From Octopus vulgaris (lineage: Eukaryota): a stretch of 64,000 nt of DNA. Below, one piece after another: positions 1 to 21,151 of this stretch. A model generated the notes under the pieces. The model saw only the letters and a list, made by a program, of their open reading frames with translations, had not been told where the DNA came from and made no database searches. The position numbers and the translations under genes are program-made. The stretch covers positions 121,396,001-121,460,000 of the forward strand of contig OX597814.1 of NCBI GenBank assembly GCA_951406725.2, in the 5' to 3' direction. How positions within the stretch are numbered: position 1 is the first letter of the stretch; each line of letters opens with the position of its first letter.

Positions 1-61
1 AATTTTATCTTTTTGGTTTCAGATTGCGTCTAACCACCCTTATACATTTATGTATGTATGC

Positions 62-365
<304 letters not shown>

Positions 366-368
366 ATT

Positions 369-422
<54 letters not shown>

Positions 423-1538
423 AATTAAGAAAAATATGATTAAAAACGAAAATGGCAACAACAATTGCAACAATGTGCTTTCCTATTAGTATGCACTGAT
501 CACATATTCAGAGGACAGAATTGTAGATGAAATAGTAGAGAATATTAAAAATTATATTTTTGTTATCTTTAAAATATTCCCTATAAGTTATCTATGTAAA
601 GCTAATCCCTGGCCCCTTCTGCTTTTCAGCAATAATTTACCAGGATGTTCTATCTTGTGCATAAATAGAAAAAAATCTCACCTAACGAGAAAAATTTCAT
701 ACTACAATAAAATATTTCATTTTAACCTTTGCTTGCGGATATTAAAACGGGTAAACATATAATTAAAAATAATTTGAAGCATGCGATTTACACAAAGATC
801 TTTCGTTCCAAATAATAAATTTTTTCACTGCAGTAAACGGCAAAATGTTGATTTTCTTTCAAAACCAAATTACAATTTTGCTATTCCTATTCACAACCTT
901 GAATCTAAAAGAAATTATATGAGTTCCATTTTTATGTATTATCATTTTTAATAAAAGAAAAACACTAAATGCTTATATTCAGAGAGGTTTTCTAGCAACA
1001 ATACGTGCTTTAATTTGCAGTTTTGCAGTTGGTTTTTAAACTATTTCTCTGTTTAGTATTTGACATTCGAAATGCAAAACTAAAATTGAACAAGAAATGA
1101 AATGAAAAAAATTATTACATATAATATTTTATTTAAATATAACAGTAGTATAAAGGAAAATCGAAGACAAATGAAAAATAGTAAAGAAATTTGATTTTTA
1201 CAATATGTGAGAAAATAGGAATACAAACAAATATGATTTTTACGAATTTATTTATCAACATTTTAATTTTTTTTCACTTTTTGTGATTTCTTGTATCTTT
1301 GGATTCATTTAATAACTACGAAGTCCGAAGGTAAAACGTGCAAAAAATAAAAGCCACTTTGATTTATACAGTGCTTAAATTAAGGAAGAAAAACATAAAG
1401 GACCACTATCCCCTATGGAAAGTTAAAAAAAAAAATATGCAACATTCATAAACAAAACTTTTGTGTCAAAGACATCATATTCTCTCAGTATATATGTATA
1501 TAGTTACCTCAACATAGATAAACGTGTTTATATGTATG

Positions 1539-1608
<70 letters not shown>

Positions 1609-1766
1609 TATATGTATACATATATATATGTATACATAAATGTATATATTTATATATATATATGCATACATATATGCAAATATGTATGATTATATACATA
1701 TATATGTGTGTCTATATGTATGTATATATACATAGATATATACAATCATCAGCATCCATATACATG

Positions 1767-1816
<50 letters not shown>

Positions 1817-2267
1817 TCTTTAAAGCAAATATCCTTCTGCGCTCAGTAGTGTGTCTATGTGTGTTTATAACAAGTATATATCACATATAGAGCAACATAC
1901 CTTACGTTCCCAAGAGGTGGAAAATTGGAATATTTCGGATACAGCATTCGTGGCTATCTACAATTTTAGCAATTGTGACTGGTGATGAATGTGTTTTTAC
2001 TTTGTGTCTTATTTTCATTACGGTTTAACGTTCAGATACTTGGATTTTAAACACCAGCAGAATTACGAACTTTGAAACTCCAATTCAGAAATGCAGATAA
2101 GCACGGGTAAGGGTTGAGTGGCTAGATTGGAAATATTCCGATTTTCTACCAGGATCAGGACATTCAGATATAGACGCACAAATGTAAACACACACGTATA
2201 TATGTATACATGTGTATATATATATAATATATGCATATATATACATATATTTATATATATATATATG

Positions 2268-2311
<44 letters not shown>

Positions 2312-3212
2312 ATCTAGCTATGTATATATATATATATATACATAAATATATATACATATATACAAATATATATATATATATTAATATATATGTATATATC
2401 GTCGTAAATTCAAATGCATACACGTGTGTGTATATCTCAGTGAATATGTATAAACACGTATTTGTCTACATTCGTATATATAGATATAATGGAATATGTA
2501 TTGCACTTTGAGGTATTTGATAACAATTGTTTGCGTTCAGTAATGAAAAATTGTTATAAATTTCCGATAAAATGCAATGGATGTCTAAGACGATTTAAAC
2601 AACACGATTCTACCGAAAAAAAAATATTTTACTGTTCTGCACTCGCTCATATTTTTTCACAAACGCTCTGAGTTTACCACTCCGTCTTTCGGTCTTTCTC
2701 TCTTATTGACGCTTTCATTCACTAAGAGATAATTTCAAATTATCTCAGGCAAAATAAATTACCAAAAGTTATTTTACATTAAATTAAGTTTTGGTTATTT
2801 TTTTTTGTTGCTTTAATAAAAATTTTTAGCAATATTATTGTTTGTCTGTGGGATAATTGTTATATTTAAGATTATATTAGGGTTTGTTGTTTTTTTGCTT
2901 TTTTTTTTTTGCTTTTTATAATATTTTAATTCATATAAAGGTTGTTGTCAAGAGAAATAAAATTCATAATTATTTTTAATTATTAATTAATTTTTCATAT
3001 AATTCTAAAGTGAATTTAGTCATATCATTATATATTCCTAAAGTTAGTCATGTGGTTGTCTTTAAAATTAACTGTTTGTAACAATTGTAATTTTATTAAT
3101 GTATTAAATATGTGTAAATGCATCAATTATGGATTAAGCGTCATTCAAGTTACAAAACAAATTTTACACACGTTAATATTTGAGAAGTATTTATTTTCAT
3201 GGTTATACTTTA

Positions 3213-3335
<123 letters not shown>

Positions 3336-3484
3336 GTATACATATACAGATAGATACATATATATGTATACATGTATATATATGTGTGTGTATATATAAA
3401 CATATATATATACATATATATATATATACTTATACATATATATATATATAAGCATATATATACACAGATAAATACATATATATA

Positions 3485-3556
<72 letters not shown>

Positions 3557-3656
3557 TTTTACTAACTTTTATACAGATGAAGTGAGACGTAGTAGTGACA
3601 CTCGTAGACTTTCACCATCAAATACTTGTTCAAACACATATATTAATCTTTAATAG

Positions 3657-3710
<54 letters not shown>

Positions 3711-3846
3711 TTGTGTGGGTGTGTGTGTGCAGTTTTAAGCTTGTAGATGCAAACGATAGACAACAAAGAAAATGATAAGAGGAAATAGAGAATGGGAATA
3801 TATTTCACTCAATGCATATGTAGTGAGAACGATAAAGTATCAAATT

Positions 3847-3877
<31 letters not shown>

Positions 3878-5250
3878 CATGACTATATACTTACATATGT
3901 ATATATATATATGTACATCTACATATACATACGTATACATATATACATACATATATATATGTATTTATGTATACATTGTCACATAGAAACGTTTTACGTC
4001 CTTGCGTGTAATTCTGTATGTGTTCATGTGAATATATGCCTTTCATGCATTAAAGTAAGTATATTTTTCTTTATGTGTGTGAATGATTGTGTGTGTGTAC
4101 CTGTATGTGTGTCTTTGAGTGTGTGTGAATGTGTGTTTGCATCTGTCAGAATATGTGGTATGTATCTACATAATTCTTAGAATACCGTTGTGCAAATAAA
4201 TTGATATATAAATGCTTGCTTTAATATACATGGACTCAACATTTTTAGTTTCTGTCAATAATACCTCTCAACTAGGTTTGGGATTGTGGACGTGTCGCTG
4301 TTCATGTAACGTTGAATCTTTGTCGCATGTATCCTGCATCCTTTACATCACATTATATATAATTATTTGCTTGCAATACGAAAAAAAAATATTTACACCC
4401 GACATTAACAATTGTGTTTATATCTGTTCTGCACCTCTACATATATATATATATATATTAAGTATTTTTGTATTAAACCGCTGTGTGCGTATAACATTAT
4501 GCTATAACCAGTATACCTAATATTACAGACAACAATGTGTATGAATACAAATGTGAACATCATAATCATAATGATGTTTGATGCGTATTTCTGATGCATT
4601 GTCATGTCAATATTGAACACAAGAGGGCATATCCCTGCAGCAACATATCTCCAAGCCAAAAGTTATTTCAAACTCGAAGTATTATTTTTCCTTCTGAATG
4701 AAAAACAGAAAAAAATAACAAATTTTATTGTGTATCCAAATGCTGATGTCTAACTTTTTCAATACGGATTCTCTGCGATATAGTAGACTACGTATTCAAA
4801 TATTTTAAGTTAAATCTTCTCGGAAATAATGATGTGCAGATGTCAAATTCAAAAGCGACCAGAAAAAAGAGATTTTTTTTTTTTTTGGTGGCCTTTGTTT
4901 CTGCGAATATTAGCGATATAAATTAAAGAAAATGTACAACAACTGTAATATACACAGCATTGCAGCCGCGGCACACCTTCGTATCTACATTGTGGTTCTC
5001 GCAGAATGTAGCTATGATTCCGTAAAGGATTACAGAAGAAATATTGTATGTATCTAAATAGATAAGTGATATTTATTCTTACTTTTACCCTTCTCTTAAT
5101 TAACAATAGTTCCGTTATTATAACAGGTGTAAAAAGGTTAAGTGAAGGTATATATGTTGTATGCTATGAGTGTGTAGAAAAAAATATATATATACATATA
5201 TATATATTATATATATACATATATATATAGATATATATATGTATATATGC

Positions 5251-5338
<88 letters not shown>

Positions 5339-5456
5339 ATAAACATGTATAAATATCTATATACTGATATATGTATTTATGTATATGTATATATATACAT
5401 TCATATTCATCTACACATATATACTTGTATATATGTATATGCATATATAAACATCT

Positions 5457-5515
<59 letters not shown>

Positions 5516-6193
5516 TATGTTTGTATGGCAAAATCATGATAGCTACATCGTGAGTTAATTTAAAGATAAGTATTTATGATGGCTCAGGTATCATTCGTGC
5601 CAAGTGTCGATGGAAGAGTAAAGCTTATTGACATTAAAGAGTAATTAATCATATTATAAGTCTGACCTTCACTTTCATTATGGACTTAAAGACTAGAGCG
5701 TTGTTGATCGCCCAGGTATATACTAATTGAATCATTGAAGTATATCTGTAATGGAAATGTGTACTGTTTTTATTGTCAGGGTAATGTTACTATATATCAT
5801 GCCTTCTATTCATGAAAACCTTGAGAAAATATTTTTTATTAAAACATCAGAAGCGCTGGTTGACACTTGACATTTCTTTGTATTTGCTGCTTGTTTATTT
5901 CATTTTGTTTCTTTTGGGGTTTTATTTTATTTTCTGATTTTAAAGTTCGACATTTTTGGCTTAACAATTGGAAAGCCCACATATAATAAGAAAAAAATCC
6001 GCATGAAGATTTTCATGTAGGAACATTTATACACACAACACTCATATACGTGTATACATATCCATTTCTAATGGAGTTAAATTTTAAATTCAAAATTTAT
6101 AGATTCAGACATGCTCTCACCGTCACAAACATATATACAGACAACCATGATGTATGATGTATACATAGAATATATTCTTATAAATACACGCAT

Positions 6194-6245
<52 letters not shown>

Positions 6246-8041
6246 ACGTATATATATCTATGTATATATATATATGTATATATATATATATGTATGTATG
6301 TATATGAATATATATATATATACATATGTGCGTGACAATATATGAATATATATATGTTTGCATGCATACATGTATGTATGGATATGTATTTATATTGTAA
6401 TATTTATATGTATACATGCATGCAAAGTTTAATCCGAACGCATGTAAACATTCATTGAAGTATATCCTTTCTAATAATGACCACTAAATCTTCTAGAAGA
6501 ATCTGTTCTATTGTCTAGTACAACTATTGTTATGAAGGGTTTGAGTTTGGTAATTTGAATTTTTAAAAGGTTTTAATATCTTCTTTTTTTCATTGTAAAA
6601 ATCTCCATTTAGAATATGAAAAAGAGTCTCAGAAATATTAAACACTGTTAACTTTTTTTTCCAATAGCATTCATTCAAATATGATTCATTAAATGATCGT
6701 AAATATCACGTGATTGTAGCAAGATTATATTGATTTTTTTTAAAGAGGCATAAAGCCTGTTTTGGGAGGGAGGGATTATAGTCGATTCAATCAACGCAAT
6801 GTATATATTAGTTATCCCTAGAGCATCGACCACGGAAGAACAAAAACATAATGTCGACCTCATCACAGTATTATATTATACCAGAACAATAAGATACCTA
6901 TTCTTATATCACATAAAGTATCAAATTGCCTTTCCATAATCATCAGCTAATGACCTTACCCTCATTCGAAGAGAATATTATTTTCAGATATACATTTCAT
7001 GCAGTATGTCTTATATATTCTTTCTTTATGTGTTATATATATTTTAAGAGACATCTAAAAGACGGAAGTATTAGTGTGCATGGGTTTTTGCTTTTATTTC
7101 CGAAGATTTTACATGATACATTGTATAAGACAGGAAATATGTTTAAATGAATTTCTCCAAACCTATTATGAATATAACTTTATACTTCTGTACAATTATA
7201 AAAAAATAAGAGAATAATCTACATGTCTCCCATCCCTGCAATGATCATGAATATTTGGAGATAGATACTATTGAAATAATATTAAATACCATCAATTAAT
7301 TCGGATGGTATGTAGATAAAAATATAAAATATTAAGAAGAGAAAATGGAAAAAGGTCTAAATAGTATAGGTAATGTGAGTGCGCTAAGGATGTCCTTTTT
7401 GCTGTTGCTGCTGAAATGTTTAAATGAAATTGTAATAACTATTGGTGTTGTCATCTCTCGTATTTTGTGTTGGCTGAATAGGTGAATGTGGTAGTGGTGG
7501 TCATATTGGATTTTTCGAGCAGACTACAGCGGTTTTTTAAAAATATTTTTACTTTATTGATTTTTTTCCAATGATTTTGTCAAGAAGAAGGGAGTGTCCC
7601 ATGGCCTTCGAGGACTCACAGATATTGCTGAGATCGGTGGCATTCTCTGATATTTGTGTTTGGTACCTCGATCTCCAATTTTATCATCGTTTTGCAAAGG
7701 AAATTGTTAGCCAAATAACGATATATATATATATATATATATTATCTCTATACCATGAATAAGTTCAGGTATTTTTCATTTGGCCAACCATAGTATTTCT
7801 GTATCCGGATAGCGAGATAAATAAATTTAGAATTTATTTTATCGGCATCTGTGAGATAAATAAATCACGACCAACTCGCCAGGTTTTCTATCACCCTCAT
7901 GTAAGATACGGTTAAATATCTATTTTTGTTCTGTTATTTCCACCAACACAAATTTCTAGGCATTTGGTAGAATGGAATGTGTTGAATACGTAGACGCTGG
8001 TGATTTATGCATACCAAACAAAATTAGTAGGAAAAAGATAT

Positions 8042-8148
8042 TAGTAACTAGTAGTAGCAACATCAGCGGCTAAAGTAATGGTAATAAAAACAACATTAAT
8101 AGCAGCGGCAGCAACAGCAGCAGTAGCAGTAGCAGCAGCAGCAGTAGC

Positions 8149-8185
<37 letters not shown>

Positions 8186-8538
8186 AGAGTAGTAAAACAT
8201 ATAGTATTGGAGGTAGCAGCAGCAGTGGTAGTAAAAGAAGCGGTAGTAGTAGTAGTAGTAGAACAACTAATAATGGTGGTAGCAGCAGCAGTAGTAGCAG
8301 AAGAAGCGGTAGTAGTAGTAGTAGTAGTAGTAGCAGCAGCAGCAGTAGTAGTAGCAGCAGTAGCAGTAGTAGCAGCAGCAATAATAACAGCAGCAGCAGT
8401 AGTAGTAATAGTAGTAGTCGTAGAAGTAGTAGTAGTAGCAGCAGCAGCAGAAGCAGTTTTAGTTGTAGCAGCAGCAGTAGCAGTAGAAGTAGTAGTAGTA
8501 TTAGTAGTAGCAGCAGCAGCAGCTGCAGTAGAAATAGC

Positions 8539-8586
<48 letters not shown>

Positions 8587-8632
8587 TGTTGTTGTTGTAG
8601 TAGTAGTAATTGTGGTTGCTTTTGCTGCTGTT
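8042..8632. repeat. Compound (AGT)n/(AGC)n/(GTT)n microsatellite
   Basis: Directly visible; it produces the poly-Val/Ala ORF 8078-8662. Confidence 0.95.
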
Positions 8633-10299
8633 GTCCAATTATGCCTTTTGTATTTTTACTGATGCCTTAAATTATAATGTGAAACATAAATTAAGAACAT
8701 AACAAAATATTCATGGATTCGCATCTCCCTTTTGTAATTTTTATTTCTTACACAATCAAAACGCTTGCAAACTTGGGAGTCAGATATATTGCCCCAGTTT
8801 CTGAATCGTGCTCTAAGTTACTGCACCACCCCCACACACAAAGGATAAATTGCAAAATTAACCATAGCCAGATCTGAAGTCACTATATCGGATGAAATGC
8901 CACTCGGTATTTTGCCTGATTCTCTAAATATTTTGCTATATATATATCGCAAACACAGCCTTTGTCTCTCCCGAATTCAAATTTTGCTAAAGCTTACTCT
9001 GCATTTCACCCTTGCGACATCCAAAGATTAAACTACGTTTACTTTAGTCGTTCGAAATTTTATTTTAATTAGTTTAGAAGCTGCATCATTATAAGCGATA
9101 GTCTACGAAGTACAACACAGAAAATCATAACTTAAGTCTATTAATGACTAACAAGATATTGTTAACAGGTTTTATGAATTCAATAGCTCACAAAGTTTTT
9201 AGCAGGTTACAATGGATTGCATAAACCGCTTTATAATAAATTAATTTTCAATAAATATATCTGGTATATGGGAAAGACATAGTAAAATTCCGTGGCATTT
9301 GAGACCAAATAAAAGAGGGACGAAATGAAATACTGTAAGGCAGATCCCGCCCGTCCAACGTTTCTGCCAACTATCAATTTTCGTTCAACTTAAAATAAAC
9401 GTAAAGGAGCTCTAGTGCCGACAAGATTATGTGAAGACGTATAATCAATCAAAAAATTTATTGAAACTAGTTATTTTTTAATACTCTCAGGAGTATACGA
9501 ATAAAACTTATTTAAGACGATATAACATGTTATAATTCTTTCTACTATAGGCACAAGGCTTGTAACATGTTATAAGGAAAAACAGCAAGGCATTTTGTAC
9601 ACTGCATATTGTTTGTTTGATCTCTATTACTCGATTCTGCAACGAAATATTATAACTAACACTATTTATAAATAACAATAATACTGATAATCATAACAGC
9701 AACGTCAATAAGAAAAAAGAATAAAATTAATAAATGCATAGAGTCCTTAAATTCTCACACATACATTAGAGGAAAAGGGAAATTCGTGATAGAAATGCCT
9801 TTTTATGTAATGTTAGCAACGCAGTGTGAATCTCCCTCTCCATCAATCGGAAGTAGCTTTTAGATTTTATATATTCCAAAAATACCTCTAACTATACCGC
9901 TAATACATAACTAAACAAAAATATAACAAAAAGAAACATAAGTATAAATATATAAAATCCTGAACAACGATATCAGCCACATTTATTTCATACCTAGCTT
10001 AGCGTTACAAAGAACAAATGATATTAGATACTCAGTGTTTAAAACACTTTACCAATGTAGCCTGATAATGGCTGCCATTTTCCAGACATGTATGAAAAAA
10101 CAAAACGATAAAAGTACTGAATGCTCAGTTTCATAGTCGAATCCGTAATAACTACAAGTATAATGATTATAACAATTATTTCTATAGAAAAAATAGCAAC
10201 AGTTTCTAAGTTCATCACATTGCTATAAAGTAAGTGCATGGTGGAAGTGTAAGCTGATTAAATATACTCTAGTATAATAATACAACTTAAATAATTAAC

Positions 10300-15251
<4,952 letters not shown>

Positions 15252-15472
15252 TCCTTCATTAATTTCTCTAGACTGATTGAATATTATTATTGACATGGTT
15301 CACCTCCATCGTCCCCGCCACCAGTGCCATCATGGCAACATATTTTTATTGTTATTCTCATTACAAGATTTTTGTCTTCGATTTTTCAATTGGTTGTTTA
15401 TGATGACAGCGGTTGTCGTGTTATGATTCACTAACCTGTGGCATCATGTCCTTCAAACAAGCTACATTCCTT

Positions 15473-15508
<36 letters not shown>

Positions 15509-16348
15509 CATATACATATATATAAACACTTATACATGCATACACGCACACACATATATATGTGTGCATGAATGTATGTACGTATATATGTACAGATGAA
15601 GACAAAATTGATGAAAAGTTATGAATTTTCACAAAAACAAAACTAAAGAGGTAAAATTTGACGGTATTGAAGAAAAAGTTGAATAAAATATAAATTAAAC
15701 ATACATTTATGAAGATATGATAATAATGAAGGCTATGTTTGGAAACCTTTCAGTGGGATGATTATGGGTTCCACATATATGGAAGATCAACTGCATTAAA
15801 CTTATGGAGATTCATAGCCGGTAGCCCACTTCAGGTAACAAACATTAACAATGCCAATTTATGAAGGCTGATCAAATTTTTAAGAATAGGTGGGGAACAC
15901 CACAAATGCTTATTTGCACAATGTCATTAAACAGATGTCTAGCATTTCGTGGTAATATATCAACAGTTGATAATTTAGGCATTGCAGTTTTCGAATGTCA
16001 TATATTTAGAGGCTTGATTTAAGAGACTTGGACCTACAACCAGGAATGCCATATGTTTTGTAAGTATATATTCAAATATATGTATTTGTAATTGTTATGT
16101 ATATTTCTTGAAATATGTCTGTATGCAAGTTTTATTGAGATGGCCTGTTGTACACCTCACTGAGCGTAAAGCACTCACGAGAATACTGTTTACGTATACA
16201 TAGATAGGTGCAGTTAAAAATCAGAAATTTGACTAACGTGGGTGTTAGAGCAACAATTGCATATACAAAACACAAACACACACACACATACACAAACACC
16301 CATGCACATGCGCACACAAATATATGTATATGAATATATATATGTATA

Positions 16349-16386
<38 letters not shown>

Positions 16387-16403
16387 CATATGTATATATG
16401 TAT

Positions 16404-16447
<44 letters not shown>

Positions 16448-16666
16448 TTATGTATACATGTATATATGTATTTATATATAAATGTTTGTGTATGTATATG
16501 TGAATATATTCATGTATATCTACGGAAACTCTCTCTCCCTTTCTCTCTCTCTCACACACACGCACACACACACACTCACACGCATATATATATATATATG
16601 TATGTATATATATATATAGATAGAGATATAGATACGTAGATTTTATGACCATATATATATATATGA

Positions 16667-16698
<32 letters not shown>

Positions 16699-16749
16699 AG
16701 ATATGTACACAAACACACATATATGTACATATATATATATATGCATATA

Positions 16750-16802
<53 letters not shown>

Positions 16803-17040
16803 TTGTGTGCGTGTGTGTGTATATGTGTATGCATCAATAGGATTTACAATATATGGCGAATTATATCCGGCTCGATGTGCATTTTAATTCTTACTATGAA
16901 GTTACCATTAGCAAATACTTGCTTATATTTGTATACATTCATTCCCTGATCATACAGCATTGTATATTGCAGCGCAGACATTCTATACACACCATTTTCA
17001 AACATCGTCACCTTGTAGATTGATTTATAATCATCACGCA

Positions 17041-17084
<44 letters not shown>

Positions 17085-17126
17085 TACATATGTATATACA
17101 TGTATGCATATATATATATATGTATA

Positions 17127-17354
17127 TATTTCTTTACTACCCACAAGGGGCTAAACATAGAGGGGACAAACAAGGACAGTCAAAGGGATTAAGTCAATTA
17201 CATCGACCCAGTGCGAAACTGGTACTTTATTTATCGACCCCGAAAGGATGAAAGGCAAAGTCGACCTCGGCGGAATTTGAACTCAGAACGTAACGACAGA
17301 CGAAATACCGCTAAGCATTTCGCCCGGCGCGCTAACGTTTCTGCCAGCTCGCCA
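17127..17354 (-). mobile_element. tRNA-derived SINE, family A (young, full length) in (TA)n
   Basis: Minus strand: A-box-like TGGCAGAAACGTTAG, B-box GAGTTCAAATTCC, central CCGAGGTCGACTTTGCCTTTCATCCTTTCGGGGTCGAT, tail GTAAAGAAATA. Closely similar copies occur at 22048, 51732, 57113 and 61740-62320. Confidence 0.9.
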
Positions 17355-17395
17355 TTTATATATATATATATATATGCATACATACATATATATAC

Positions 17396-17483
<88 letters not shown>

Positions 17484-17932
17484 GCACAAATACATAAAAA
17501 TTCAGATATGGACACAAATACACAATTACATACATTTATACGTTTGTATATATATATATGCATGATTGCATATAGTGTCTGTGTCGATATATCTACATAC
17601 ATACGAAAAAATAAAAAAAATGAATTGCATCTAAATAAACATCATTTAAAATAAGTTTTATAAACGATTACGTGGAAAACCGCCATTTATATTTCGTGAT
17701 CGGGCCACGAAATAACTATAAAATTATTTTCCAAGATATCATCTAGGAAATCTCAAACAGTACTTTAATATCACAATGACTGTGGATATCCATTTCAAAA
17801 ATGTACAATATCACATGGAATTGTATAATTTCATACATATACATACACACATATACATGTATATATATACATATATGCATGTATTTATATATATATATGT
17901 TTATATATATATATATATACGCATATATATAC

Positions 17933-18016
<84 letters not shown>

Positions 18017-18079
18017 CTATATGTATATATATATATATGTATGTATTATGTATTTATATGTTTTCATTAGTATAACAGA

Positions 18080-20781
18080 TTATTATAACTGCGAGCAGCA
18101 TCCGAATACGTATGTCACACCTACACACACCAGACAGATTCTTATTCTTTAATTTCATTGTTTAACACAACAGTAATCTCGAAATATGAACAACATCAGC
18201 CATGTTTTTTTTTGTGAATAAGTGCAAACAATATTTGCAGTTTTAAAGTTAGTAAACAAACAGATTTGGCATGTCAATATCAAACTTATGGAATATTGTT
18301 GCATTTTCGTGCTTTGTACAATCAATATTTCAGTTTGGTCGGTTGCATGGTCGTACAATGTTCATTGCATACTGTGTTGTTACAGATTTTTTTATTCAGT
18401 GAATTACACCACATTTGATATGATTCGTATCTATATGGGTACATCCATTGTTTGGCTAATGGTATGACAGCAATATTAACAGTGCCTATTTTGCAAAGTA
18501 CTTTTTTAATATATTATTTGGTAGTAACAACACAGAAGACTATTATTATCTTATCTTAATTTACTCAATGAAAATATTTCATTAGATTTTGGAAAAATAA
18601 AATGATGAATTTATTTGCTACTGGATGTATACTGAACATTTTGATGACAATAAATAACTTTACATTGAAGTGGTTCACTAATACTGCCTGTCTTCCTAAA
18701 TAACAACTAACTTGTTGTCGAGTGTCATTTCAATTCTAATATATGATTATGTCCGGACAAACACGTCAAGACGATAAATAAAAAAAAAATCGTTGAAAAT
18801 ATTCTTAGTAAAGCACTGGATGTTGATAATTCCCTGATTTCTTGAAAACGTGAACAAGAATATATGTTTTTAATGATAGGGGAACTAATTTCACTCTCTT
18901 ATTTATGCTTCCGTTAATACTAATACGCTGTATTTTTAGGTGGATATTTCTTATCAAATAAGAACATCTATTGTATTATTCATCCCTCTCACTTAGATAA
19001 AACTGGTTTTAAAACCGTATTGTCCATCTATATTGCTTGTCCTCACATCATTTATAAATGCGTGCCATCATCCATTGAAGATTATATTTTGTAATATTCT
19101 CGTTTAATATTTCACTTGTTTGCATTGGCCAAAGTATATGCGGTAAACTTTATTCTTAAAGTTGTGTAAGCATTCCCGAAAGGAGCAGCAAACAAGATCA
19201 CTTGAAACCTAACCTTAATGAATGACTGGATATCATTTTATATTTATTTCCATTTTTGTTCCTTTTTTTTGTTTTTGATGTATGAAACATTGATTTGGCG
19301 ATACTTAACGTACTATATTTAAGGAAATTTTGAAACACATTAGCTTTAACCAGATGTCAGTAGTCCACTGTATAGTGTACTGATGTAAAGCATCAAATGT
19401 TAACTGGGTGCATTTTAATATATTTTAATGGAATAAATTGAAGAGAATGTAATTAAGGAATGTATCGTTGACGAAAATGTGCGACCACTTAAAACAGAAA
19501 AAAAAATAAAATATCCTCTTTAATAATAAAAGAAGACATCTTGCAGTAACATTTTGAAACTGGTGATGCTCTTTTATTTGTGTATGTGTGTACACAAAAA
19601 ATATAATTTAGTATTGAATTGCTTTTAAATATTAAACACAAACGATGGGAAAGCTAATATGTCTAGATTAGCGTGGCTGTATTTGTGAAATGTATTATAG
19701 TGTATCTTCGTCATTCATGTTTATGAAGCTAATTTATTTAGATAAAAGTAAGCACACATACAGATGTGAGTGTTAGAGATGATGGTAGTAAGAATTATAG
19801 ATGGGGAATAGTTTAAACAAATATTGAAATATATTTATATTAATTAAATTATTTTTTCTTATCAGTGTTTATATAACGTACTGTTTAATTATATATTCAA
19901 CTACCCTCAAAGGTGTTGTAAATGATTTTCACAGGCTTCTTGGTCTAATCATTTAGATTTGTTATGCAATACGGCTTTAGTGCATATTTTATGTCTGTGA
20001 TGCAATAGGGTAGCCTGAACACCGTCTTTCATTGGCGTTTATAACTGGTTTCCTTTCTATTATTATCCTCATTTCATTCCGGTGTTCAATACGATTGTCT
20101 CACAGGGCAGCTGTCAGCCGGAACTTACAGATTGCAACAGATGAAGAAGACTTCACCCTAATATGACAAACTAATCAACAACCACTTCATATCTTTGATA
20201 AAGATTTTGATTCTGGTTGTTTGTTACAAGATTCAGATTGATTCATCTGCTCTTTTAATAAAATATGAAAAAATATAAAAAATTTGTTGATTACTCTGGA
20301 GAAAACAATAAGATTTATAAAATAATTTAAAAATAAAACTATAAAATAAAATCAATAGTAGACTCTAGTGTTGATTTCAACCACAAAATATACACAACCA
20401 AATTGGAATTCCTTTTCAAAGTTTCCTTTTCTCACATTCACCCATCACTCGTTCAACACACGATATCTATTGAATTCTTCTTACAATCTTAAGAAAGGCT
20501 TGGAACTGATATTAGAATCATAATAAGGCTTCTAAGTCAAAACGTTCTTAATTAATCCAATTATATCTAATAATTCTTAATTATAATTTATAGCTTATAG
20601 TTAATTTTTAAAATTTATTTTATACTGAGGAAAATCCCGTATAAAAACATTTGAAGATTTGGTATAATTAAATCGATTTCAAACTTTTAATGAACACTCA
20701 TGGGGTGTTATTGTCATTAGCGTTATTATCATTATTAAAATTATATTATTATCACTATCATTCTCATTCTTAGTGTTATTA

Positions 20782-20858
<77 letters not shown>

Positions 20859-21058
20859 TTGCTCGCCATAAATCTTATTAACGTTCTTACCAGACATCAG
20901 TCTTTTATCATTCTCGTTATTGCTATTCTAAGCAACGCCATCATATTTGTAACATGCCAACATGCTCAACCTAATCAAATATATGTTCATTACATCACAG
21001 TAGGAGAACAGTGTACCGCATTATATCAAAACTTTGTAACAATTACTTTTACTTCCAG
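18080..21058 (-). other. Putative long 3' UTR of the host gene
   Basis: About 3 kb of unique AU-rich sequence without recognisable SINEs/LINEs (one TAA tract at 20780-20855), unlike its flanks. Several minus-strand AATAAA occur, e.g. 18396-18391. The end point is unknown. Confidence 0.35.
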
Positions 21059-21151
21059 CTATATTGCTGAACTCCAGTAAGGCATTTCGGGCGAATAAAA
21101 AGCCTTGTTTTCTGTTGTCGTGGGTGCTGCTTCATCCTCATCATTGGATCC
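21059..21151 (-). other. In-frame post-stop extension GSNDEDEAAPTTTENKAFYSPEMPYWSSAI* (candidate readthrough/stop-editing exon extension)
   Basis: 30 sense codons directly after the TAG, about 46% GC (41/90) versus about 31% in the next 90 nt. It ends in S-A-I and a second TAG (21061-21059). Confidence 0.5.

Noticed and set aside
8078-8662. 194-aa Val/Ala-rich ORF
   Set aside because: It is a compound AGT/AGC microsatellite.
17211-17654. ORFs containing [14 protein letters not shown] (also 10501 and 56988)
   Set aside because: They are antisense translations of SINE family A.
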